Of a stretch of 64,000 nt of DNA, positions 26,151 to 33,755 are shown piece after piece. The position numbers and the translations under genes are program-made. A model generated the notes under the pieces. That model made no database searches. It worked only from the letters and a program-made list of their open reading frames with translations, and was not told the DNA's origin. The stretch is from contig JBAXNN010000010.1 of assembly GCA_037133755.1 (NCBI GenBank), positions 10,296 to 74,295 on the forward strand, given 5' to 3'. The stretch's first letter is position 1. Each line of letters opens with the position of its first letter. The stretch comes from Thermoleophilia bacterium. GTDB taxonomy: Bacteria > Actinomycetota > Thermoleophilia > Gaiellales > F1-60-MAGs149.

Positions 26151-26564
26151 TCATGCCTCTGCCTCCTCGCGCGTGAGCGAGCAGGAATTGATGCAGTAGC
26201 GCATGCCGCCAGGCCCGGGCCCGTCGGGAAAGACGTGGCCCAAGTGGCCGCCGCAGGCCTTGCAGACGACCTCAATGCGGCGCATGCCGTGCGAGGAATC
26301 CTCGCGCGCACCGACGTTGTCGTCCTCGACGGGGCGCGTGAAACTCGGCCAGCCCGTGCCGCTGTCGAACTTGTCGTCCGACGAGAACAGCGGGGTGCCG
26401 CAGCCGGCGCAGTGATACATGCCCGGCGCGTGGTCGTCCCAATAGGCGCCGGTGAACGGCGCTTCGGTGCCCTGCTGGCGCAGCACGGTGTACTGCTCCG
26501 GCGTCAGAATCGCGCGCCACTCTTCGTCAGTTCGCTCCACCGGGGAATCTCCTTGCGCAGCCAT
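26151..26564 (-). CDS. msrB: Peptide-methionine (R)-S-oxide reductase
   Basis: Starts at ATG 26564. It has two CxxC zinc motifs ([21 protein letters not shown]), GWPSF and the catalytic RYCINS. Confidence 0.9.
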   Translation of the reverse strand: MAAQGDSPVERTDEEWRAILTPEQYTVLRQQGTEAPFTGAYWDDHAPGMYHCAGCGTPLFSSDDKFDSGTGWPSFTRPVEDDNVGAREDSSHGMRRIEVVCKACGGHLGHVFPDGPGPGGMRYCINSCSLTREEAEA

Positions 26565-26616
26565 CAGCAGCCGCCTCGCGATGCGAGCATAGTGCGACGC
26601 GTCACGGGCATCGACC

Positions 26617-28071
26617 TCATCGAACGTGCCCCGGCATGTCGATACCGAACGACGCCCAGCGCTCGTCGACCCGCGCCTTGACGTCGTCGGGGATGCGGTT
26701 GACCTCGGGCCAGCCTCGCGTGTAGCCCTCGCCCTCCCACTTGGCCGTCGCATCGAAGCCGATCTTGCCGCCGAGCGCCTTGAGGCGCGCCGCATGATCG
26801 AGCTGGTCGAGCGGGCCGTAGGACATCAGGATGTCGTGCGCCGGATCGATGTTGGCACCCATCTGCCACACAACATCGGTGTAGTTGTGGACGTCGACCC
26901 ACTCGTCAACCACGATCACCGCCTTCGTCAGCGACAGCAGCCCCGTGCCCCAGATGGCGTTCATCACCTTCTGCGCGTGGCCGGGGAAGCGCTTCTTGAT
27001 CGAGACGATCACGCAGTTGTGGAACGTCCCGGCGTACGGGATGTCGTAGTCGACGACCTCGGGCAGCGTCACGCGCACGGCGGGCAGGAAGATGCGCTCC
27101 GTGGCCTTGCCGAGCCAGAGATCCTCGCACGGCGGCGGGCCGACGACGATCGACGGGTAGATGGGATCGCGGCGCGACGTGATCGCCGTGACGTGCAGGA
27201 CCGGGAAGTCATCGACGGGTGTGTAGTAGCCGGTGTGGTCGCCAAACGGCCCCTCGGGCTTCGTCTCGCCGCGGATGCAGTAGCCCTCGATCACGATCTC
27301 CGCGTTGACGGGGACCTGCAGATCGACGGTCTTGCATTGCACGAGCTCGATCGGCTCGTCGCGCAGCCAGCCGGCGACCATGTACTCGTCGATGTGCTTC
27401 GGCAGCGGCATCGAGCCCGAGTACGCCGTGATCGGATCGGTGCCGAGCGCGAGCGCGACCTCCATGCGGCCGTCGCCCTCACGGTGATCCGCAGCGGCAT
27501 CCTTGTGCATCTGCCAGTGCAGGCCGAGTTCGTTCTTGCTGTGCTTCTGCAGGCGGTACATGCCGACGTTGCGCCCGCCGGTGACGGGGTCCTTTGTGAT
27601 GATGTTCGCCATCGTCATGTACGGGCCGCCGTCGTCGGGCCACTGGAACTGGATCGGCAGCAGGTCGAGATCGGGCTCGGGCCAGACGACCTCCTGACAG
27701 GCACCGGAGCGCACGACCTTGGGCCGCGCGTCGGCGACGCCCTTGAGGCGGCGCAGCGCCTGCACCTTGTCCTTGAGTCCGTCCGGCGGCTTCAGCTCGA
27801 GCAGCTCGCCGATCTCCTCGCCGATCGAGTCGAAGTCGTCGCGGCCCATCGCCAGCAGCATGCGGCGCTCGGTGCCGAACTGGTTGATCAAGAGCGGGAT
27901 GCGCGAGCCCTTGACGTTCGAGAAGAGCAGTGCCGGTCCGCCGCCCTTGAGGACGCGGTCGGCGATCTCGGTGATCTCGAGGTGCGGGTCGACCTCCTGG
28001 GTGATCTCCACGAGCTCGCCTTCGCGGCGCAGCAGCTCGATCCAGGCGCGCAGGTCCTTGGGGCCGTTCAT
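26617..28071 (-). CDS. UbiD-family decarboxylase (menaquinone-pathway type)
   Basis: 484 aa and UbiD-like throughout ([24 protein letters not shown]). The genomic context contains ubiX, menG and mqn genes. Confidence 0.85.
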   Translation of the reverse strand: MNGPKDLRAWIELLRREGELVEITQEVDPHLEITEIADRVLKGGGPALLFSNVKGSRIPLLINQFGTERRMLLAMGRDDFDSIGEEIGELLELKPPDGLKDKVQALRRLKGVADARPKVVRSGACQEVVWPEPDLDLLPIQFQWPDDGGPYMTMANIITKDPVTGGRNVGMYRLQKHSKNELGLHWQMHKDAAADHREGDGRMEVALALGTDPITAYSGSMPLPKHIDEYMVAGWLRDEPIELVQCKTVDLQVPVNAEIVIEGYCIRGETKPEGPFGDHTGYYTPVDDFPVLHVTAITSRRDPIYPSIVVGPPPCEDLWLGKATERIFLPAVRVTLPEVVDYDIPYAGTFHNCVIVSIKKRFPGHAQKVMNAIWGTGLLSLTKAVIVVDEWVDVHNYTDVVWQMGANIDPAHDILMSYGPLDQLDHAARLKALGGKIGFDATAKWEGEGYTRGWPEVNRIPDDVKARVDERWASFGIDMPGHVR

Positions 28072-28610
28072 GCGTCTCCCATCAGTCGACGGTGCTCGGC
28101 CAGCAGCGGCGCCGATTCGACGTCGGCTACGAGCGCGAGCAGTGCGGCACCGTCGCCGGCGCGCAGCGCGTCGCGGGCGACCGCGAGCTCGTCGGTACGC
28201 GGACCGGCGAGGTGACGTGCCGTGGCGAGCCAGAGTTCGGCGTCGAGTCCCGTGCCGGTGACGCGCTGATGCGCGGCGAGCGAGATCAGGTCGGCCAGCG
28301 CGGCGATGGCATCGACGTCGCCGGCTTCGCAGACCTGGACGAGCCCGGTCGCGTAGAGGTAATCGCCGAGGAGGAGCCCCTGCTCGCGGTCCAGCGGCGA
28401 GAACACACGGGCGCGGGCCCCGTGGTGCACGAGGTAGCCCTCGTAGATCGTCTCCACGCCCGCACTGAAGGCGGTACCGCTGACGGGACCGAACAACGCG
28501 TCACCGGTGCGATCGGCCGGTGCCAGCACGGAACGGCCCCAGACCTCGCTGCCGCGGGCGGCGGCATCGGCGATGCGATCGATGCGGGAGACAGCCTCTA
28601 CCGGAGCCAC
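28068..28610 (-). CDS. Hypothetical 180-aa helical protein, overlapped by hemB upstream and by the ubiD-like gene downstream
   Basis: The stop overlaps the UbiD ATG (ATGA), and the start lies inside the last 13 nt of hemB. Codons are GC3-rich. The segment YEGYLVHHG...LLLGDYLYATGL is reminiscent of prenyl-synthase helices but lacks any DDxxD. Confidence 0.5.
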   Translation of the reverse strand: MAPVEAVSRIDRIADAAARGSEVWGRSVLAPADRTGDALFGPVSGTAFSAGVETIYEGYLVHHGARARVFSPLDREQGLLLGDYLYATGLVQVCEAGDVDAIAALADLISLAAHQRVTGTGLDAELWLATARHLAGPRTDELAVARDALRAGDGAALLALVADVESAPLLAEHRRLMGDA

Positions 28611-29572
28611 TGCGCGGCCTCCACGGCCCCGTAGGTGATGACGGCCCGCGCGCCGGCGCGTCGGATCGACAGCAGCGACTCGAGGTACGCGTCCTTGAAC
28701 TCAAAGGCGCCGGCCGCAGCCGCGTGCTTGAGCATGGCGTACTCACCCGACACCTGGTACGCGAGCACCGGCAGGTCTGTCTGGTCCGACAGGTCGGAAA
28801 TCACGTCGAGGGCGGTGAGAGCGGGCTTGACCATCAGCATGTCTGCCCCCTCCTCTTCGTCGATCAGTCCCTCGCGGACGGCCTCACGACGATTCGCGGG
28901 ATCCAGCTGGTGCGAACGGCGATCGCCTTGCGTCGGCGTCGAGTGCGCGGCATCGCGGAACGGGCCGTAGAAGGACGAGGCGAACTTCGACGAGTAGGCG
29001 AGGATGCCGACGGACTCGGCGAAACCATCCTCGTCGAGCGCGTCGCGAATCACCCCGACGCGGCCGTCGAACATGTCGGAGGGGGCCACGAGGTCGGCGC
29101 CGGCGCGCGCATGCGCGACCGCGGCACGGGCCAGGTTGGTCAGCGAGGCGTCGTTGAGGATCTCGCCGTTGGGACCGACCAGGCCGCAGTGGCCGTGGTC
29201 GGTGTACTGGCAGAGACAGACGTCGGTGATGACCACGAGGTCGGGCGCAGCGGCACGGATCGCGCGCACGGCGGAGGGCACGGGGCCGTCAGGGTCCCAT
29301 GCGGAGGTACCGACGGCGTCCTTCTCCTTCGGCAGTCCGAACAGCAACACGCCGGCGACACCGACAGCGGCAGCCTGCGCGGCCAGCTCGGCGGCGAGAT
29401 CAGGCGACAGGCGATCGACGCCCGGCAGTGCACCAATCGGCTCGCGGCGCCCGGTACCGGGCAGCACGAAGATCGGCAGGATCAGCTGCGATGGCGCCAG
29501 CGAGGTCTCGCGCACGAGTGCGCGGAGCATCGGCGTGCGGCGAATACGGCGAGGTCGACTGTCCGGGAACAC
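28598..29572 (-). CDS. hemB: Porphobilinogen synthase (delta-aminolevulinate dehydratase)
   Basis: The Cys-rich zinc site is DVCLCQYTDHGHCG. The active-site lysine contexts are MVKPA and YQVSGEYAM. Confidence 0.9.
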   Translation of the reverse strand: MFPDSRPRRIRRTPMLRALVRETSLAPSQLILPIFVLPGTGRREPIGALPGVDRLSPDLAAELAAQAAAVGVAGVLLFGLPKEKDAVGTSAWDPDGPVPSAVRAIRAAAPDLVVITDVCLCQYTDHGHCGLVGPNGEILNDASLTNLARAAVAHARAGADLVAPSDMFDGRVGVIRDALDEDGFAESVGILAYSSKFASSFYGPFRDAAHSTPTQGDRRSHQLDPANRREAVREGLIDEEEGADMLMVKPALTALDVISDLSDQTDLPVLAYQVSGEYAMLKHAAAAGAFEFKDAYLESLLSIRRAGARAVITYGAVEAAQWLR

Positions 29573-29614
29573 CGCGACAGGGTACGGCAGACCCGGCGGC
29601 GGGTCGTCCGCTCC

Positions 29615-30721
29615 CTAGCCGATCTGCAGCGACATCTCCGGCGCCGTGGCGCCGGTGTCACCAGACATTGTGGTAACCGGTGCGGTGTCCGTGACCGGCG
29701 GGACGCTGGCCGTGGTGTCCGTGAAGACCTCGAACGTATCGGTCACGCCGGTATCCGTCACGACGCCGGGCAGCGGCAGCGTGTCGCCGGTCACGGTCAG
29801 CGTCAGCGAGCCCGCATCGGGCAAGGTGAACGTCGGCACACCCGTGCCGGTGGTCGTCGCATCGTCATTGCCGCCGATGTCGCTGCCGTTGATCGCCGCG
29901 ATGGCGAGCACGATGGCGAGCAAGGCGATACCGCCGACGATCACCGCGAGACCGGCATCGGAGATGCCACGACGAGGCGTGGTCGGCAGCGGCGGCTGCG
30001 GCAGCGGGGCCGGCGCAAGATCGCGCGGCAGGTTCGCGCCAGCCATCGCACGCAGACGACCGGCAGTCGCAGCCGCAGGCGGCGGCGGACGACGCGCGTC
30101 ACTCGAGAGGAGCGCGAGAATCAGGCCGTTCAACGCGGGCGAGATATCCGGCGCGAACGTCATCGGCGAGGCCGGCGGCTGGGCCGGCTCCCGGCCTGCC
30201 ACGAGCGTGTAGAGGATGGCGCCAAGCGCACGCATGTCAGCGGACGCGACCGGTGCGGCTGTGCCGTCGGCGGTGGCCTTGGCGGCAGCAAGTCCGGCGC
30301 CCATCACAACCGGGCGCCCGGAGGCGTCGAGCACGACGGCATCGGAAATCAGATCCCCGTGCGTCTGACCCACGCCGTGCAGCGCCGCGAGGGCGTCGGC
30401 GATGTCCGCACCGACGAGGAGGGCGCTCGCCTGCGGCATGAGCACGCCGCCGAGCAGCGGGCCGTCGGCCTGCGCCTCGACGTAGGCGACCTTGCCCTCA
30501 TCGAGCAGCGCGATGTCGAGCACCGGCGCGAGGCTCGCATGCCGAATCGCTTGAAGCGCGCGCAGATGGCGCTCGACGGCCTCGACGCGATCGCCGGCCT
30601 TGAGCTTGGCGACGGCGACCCGGTGGTCGGCGACCTGATCGACGGCAAGCTCGCGCTTGACACCGCCAATGGCGGGCAGAGGGGCGACAGGGCGGTAGCG
30701 GCCGGCGATGGGTTCGGACAT
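29615..30721 (-). CDS. Membrane-anchored Ser/Thr-kinase-like pseudokinase with a Thr/Asp-rich extracytoplasmic tail
   Basis: Starts at ATG 30721. It has a kinase-like fold (RYRPV...VAVAKL, DMRALGAILYTLVAGREP), but HGDLISD replaces HRDLKPxN and there is no DFG aspartate. One TM helix (AGLAVIVGGIALLAIVLAIAAI) is followed by an 85-aa tail containing 23 Thr. Confidence 0.6.
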   Translation of the reverse strand: MSEPIAGRYRPVAPLPAIGGVKRELAVDQVADHRVAVAKLKAGDRVEAVERHLRALQAIRHASLAPVLDIALLDEGKVAYVEAQADGPLLGGVLMPQASALLVGADIADALAALHGVGQTHGDLISDAVVLDASGRPVVMGAGLAAAKATADGTAAPVASADMRALGAILYTLVAGREPAQPPASPMTFAPDISPALNGLILALLSSDARRPPPPAAATAGRLRAMAGANLPRDLAPAPLPQPPLPTTPRRGISDAGLAVIVGGIALLAIVLAIAAINGSDIGGNDDATTTGTGVPTFTLPDAGSLTLTVTGDTLPLPGVVTDTGVTDTFEVFTDTTASVPPVTDTAPVTTMSGDTGATAPEMSLQIG

Positions 30722-30809
30722 GATGAGAGGAAGTTCGACCGCAGGGGGCGGAACGTCCAGCGCTGTATACCATGCCGGGCGAAGCACCACGCACGTTCTT
30801 CACCGGACC

Positions 30810-32012
30810 ATGACCACCGAACTCCCCGCCGACCTCCCGCACCTCCGCACTCCCGTCGAGGAGGCGCGCGCCATGATCGTCGCCGCGCTGACCCCCTTGC
30901 CGGTCGAGCAGGTGGCGCTACGCGACCTGGCGGGCCGTGTTGTCGGGGCGCCGATCGTGGCACCCCATGACCTGCCGCGCTACGCCAACTCCGCGATGGA
31001 TGGGTTCGCCATCAACTCCTCCACGCCCTCGCCTTGGCCGCTGTCGGCGCACATCCTGGCCGGCGACGACCCCGCACCGCTGACGCCTGGCACCGCCGCG
31101 GCAATCGCCACCGGCGGCGTCGTGCCTGACGGCGCGGACGCGGTGATCCCCCTGGAGCGCGTCGTTGAGGAGCGCGACGTGATCACCGCCATGGCACCGG
31201 TCGAGCCGGGCGCGCACATCCGCCCCGCTGGCGCCGACGCCCGCTCCGGTGACGTCGTGCTCGAGCGCGGACAGCGCCTGTCGCCGCTGGCAGCGTCTGC
31301 CGTCTCCGGCCTGGGACTCACCGAGATCCCCTGCACCCGGCGTCCACGCGTCGTGGTGCTGACCACCGGCGACGAACTCGTTCCTCCCGGCCAGCCGCTC
31401 CGTCGTGGTCAGATCCACGAGTCGAACGCCGTCCTGGTCGCCTCTACCCTGGCAGCCGCCGGGTGCGAGATCGTGCGCACGGGCGGCGTCCCCGATACCG
31501 CCGAGGCAACGCGCCGCGCCTTCGCCGACGCAATCGCTGACGCCGACCTCGTCGTCTCGACCGGCGGCGTCTCCGTGGGACCGCGCGATCACGTCAAGCC
31601 CGCGCTGCGCGCACTCGGTGTCAGCGAGCTGTTCTGGCGCATTGCGACGCAACCGGGCCAACCCGTCTGGTGCGGCACGGCCGAGAACGGCACGCTCGTA
31701 GCGGGCCTGCCAGGCAATCCGCTGTCGGCGCTCGTCGGTCTGCACCTGCTGCTGATCCCTGCCGTCCGAGCACTGACGGGAGCTGCGCCCGAGCCGCAGA
31801 CCGTCCGCGCCGAGCTGACCGCCCCGATCGGACAACTACCCGCCCGCCTGCGCGCGATCCCGATGCGCCTGGTCGATGGACGCCTGGAGCAACTTGGTGC
31901 CAGCCTCTCGCACCAGCTGGCGCGCGCCGCCCAGGCCAACGCGCTGGCGCTGATCCCGACCGGCGAGGGCGACCTCCCCGCCGGCACGATCGTCGACGCC
32001 GTCACCCTCTGA
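30810..32012 (+). CDS. moeA: Molybdopterin molybdenumtransferase
   Basis: Starts at ATG 30810 (MTTELPADL...). MoeA motifs include NSAMDGFA and [12 protein letters not shown]. Confidence 0.85.
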   Translation: MTTELPADLPHLRTPVEEARAMIVAALTPLPVEQVALRDLAGRVVGAPIVAPHDLPRYANSAMDGFAINSSTPSPWPLSAHILAGDDPAPLTPGTAAAIATGGVVPDGADAVIPLERVVEERDVITAMAPVEPGAHIRPAGADARSGDVVLERGQRLSPLAASAVSGLGLTEIPCTRRPRVVVLTTGDELVPPGQPLRRGQIHESNAVLVASTLAAAGCEIVRTGGVPDTAEATRRAFADAIADADLVVSTGGVSVGPRDHVKPALRALGVSELFWRIATQPGQPVWCGTAENGTLVAGLPGNPLSALVGLHLLLIPAVRALTGAAPEPQTVRAELTAPIGQLPARLRAIPMRLVDGRLEQLGASLSHQLARAAQANALALIPTGEGDLPAGTIVDAVTL

Positions 32013-32105
32013 TCAGCCTGCGGGCGAGAGCCTGCGAAGTGGTTGAGGGCATCGCGCTACGGTGCGAGCAGTTCACCCCAACGGCAATTGCGGAGAAGGC
32101 AGGAC

Positions 32106-33506
32106 ATGACCGAGTATCGGATCGAGACGGACAGCATGGGCGAGGTCAAGGTCGCCACGGATCGCTACTGGGGCGCACAGACCGAGCGCTCGATCGACAA
32201 CTTTCAGATCGGCCGCGACACCTATCAGTGGGACCGCCCGATCATCCGCGCCCTCGGCGTCCTCAAGAAGTCGGCTGCCCGCGCGAACAAGGATCTCGGC
32301 CAGCTGCCGCCCGACGTCGCCGACATGGTGATCGCCGCCGCCGACGAGGTCATCTCGGGCCAGCTTGACGACCACTTCCCGCTCGTCGTCTGGCAGACCG
32401 GCTCCGGTACGCAGTCGAACATGAACGTCAACGAGGTGATCTCGAACCGCGCGATCGAGCAGGCCGGCGGTGACATGGGGTCGAAGACGCCCGTCCATCC
32501 CAACGATCACGTCAACCGCGGCCAGTCGTCGAACGACACGTTCCCGACCGCGATGCACATCGCCGCCGTCGAGGTCCTCGAGAACGACCTGCTGCCGAAC
32601 GTCAAGATCCTCCGCGACACGCTCGATGCGAAGGCGAAGGAGTTCGCCGACGTCGTCAAGATCGGCCGCACGCACCTGCAGGACGCCACGCCGATCACGC
32701 TCGGCCAGGAGATCTCCGCCTGGGTCGCCCAGATCGACGACGCCGTCGCGCAGGTGCGCCACGCGATCACCGGTCTGCTTGAGCTCGCCATCGGCGGCAC
32801 CGCCGTCGGCACGGGTCTCAACGCACATCCGGAGTTCGGCGATCTGGCCGCGAAGTACATGGCCGAGGAGACGGGCCACGCCTTCTACTCCGCCGAGAAC
32901 AAGTTCAAGGCCCTCGCCTCGCATGACGCGATGGTCAACGCCTCGGCAGCCGAGCGCACGCTGGCCGGCGCGCTGATGAAGATGGCGAACGACGTCCGCC
33001 GTCTGGCCTCCGGTCCCCGCGCCGGCATCGGCGAGATCGAGATCCCGGAGAACGAGCCGGGCTCGTCGATCATGCCGGGCAAGGTCAATCCGACGCAGTG
33101 CGAGGCGCTCACGATGGTCTGCGTGCAGGTCTTCGGCAACGACGCCGCCGTCGCCTTCGGCGGCACGCAGGGCGACTACCAGCTGAACGTCTACAAGCCG
33201 GTGATGGTCTGGAACGTGATCGAGTCGGCCGAGCTGCTCGGCCAGGCGTGCAAGTCGTTCAACGACCGCTGCGCCGTCGGTATCGAGCCCAACAACGAGA
33301 CGCTCGAGCGCAATCTCAACGCCTCGCTCATGCTCGTCACGGCGCTCAACAAGCACATCGGCTACGACAACGCCGCCAAGATCGCCAAGAAGGCGCATCA
33401 CGAGGGCACGACGCTGATCGAGGCCGCCACGGCCCTCGAGCTGCTGACGCCCGAGCAGTACGCCGAGTGGGTCGTCCCGGTGGACATGACCCGCCCGAGC
33501 GCCTGA
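32106..33506 (+). CDS. fumC: Class II fumarate hydratase
   Basis: Starts at ATG 32106 ([16 protein letters not shown]). The signature [16 protein letters not shown] is present, and the protein is FumC-like over its full length. Confidence 0.95.
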   Translation: MTEYRIETDSMGEVKVATDRYWGAQTERSIDNFQIGRDTYQWDRPIIRALGVLKKSAARANKDLGQLPPDVADMVIAAADEVISGQLDDHFPLVVWQTGSGTQSNMNVNEVISNRAIEQAGGDMGSKTPVHPNDHVNRGQSSNDTFPTAMHIAAVEVLENDLLPNVKILRDTLDAKAKEFADVVKIGRTHLQDATPITLGQEISAWVAQIDDAVAQVRHAITGLLELAIGGTAVGTGLNAHPEFGDLAAKYMAEETGHAFYSAENKFKALASHDAMVNASAAERTLAGALMKMANDVRRLASGPRAGIGEIEIPENEPGSSIMPGKVNPTQCEALTMVCVQVFGNDAAVAFGGTQGDYQLNVYKPVMVWNVIESAELLGQACKSFNDRCAVGIEPNNETLERNLNASLMLVTALNKHIGYDNAAKIAKKAHHEGTTLIEAATALELLTPEQYAEWVVPVDMTRPSA

Positions 33507-33516
33507 CGGATCAGAT

Positions 33517-33556
33517 CCCGCCCGCGCGCCTGATCGAGGTCAGGCGCGCGGGCGGG
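33517..33556 (+). terminator. fumC terminator hairpin (17-bp perfect stem, 6-nt loop, no U-tract)
   Basis: CCCGCCCGCGCGCCTGA (33517-33533) pairs with TCAGGCGCGCGGGCGGG (33540-33556). It begins 10 nt after the fumC stop codon. Confidence 0.6.
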
Positions 33557-33572
33557 TCATGTCCTGCGGTGA

Positions 33573-33685
33573 GGATGCTCCAAAGGGGTCAGACCCTTTT
33601 GGAGCACGTCCGCAGACCCCGGCGCTTCTCCAGCGATACCCGCGGCGGTCATGCTCCAAAAGGGTCTGACCCCTTTGGAGCATCC
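33573..33685. repeat. Double-palindrome repeat element, copy 1
   Basis: Inverted 31-mers lie at 33576-33606 and 33652-33682 and are exact reverse complements. The 25-nt core TCCAAAGGGGTCAGACCCTTTTGGA is shared with copies at 41.2 kb and 51.5 kb. Confidence 0.85.
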
Positions 33686-33755
33686 GGGCTGGATCCAGCC
33701 CGAACCTGCGACGATCGTCGGCCTCACGACGAACGACACGGGGATCACCCGTCGG

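Noticed and set aside
30722-30809. A possible Moco riboswitch in the divergent region upstream of moeA.
   Set aside because: Only 88 nt are available, which is shorter than the known Moco RNA motif, and I could not see its conserved helices.
28520-30970. An 816-aa plus-strand ORF.
   Set aside because: It is antisense to hemB and the pseudokinase gene and has an Arg/Gly-rich, low-complexity translation. The sense-strand genes carry clear catalytic motifs.
33576-33682. A repeat-spacer-repeat layout (31-nt repeats with spacers of ~45, 44 and 35 nt) that resembles a minimal CRISPR array.
   Set aside because: The two repeats at each locus are in inverted, not direct, orientation. There are only two per locus, no cas genes and no leader. 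A REP/MITE-like or terminator interpretation fits better.
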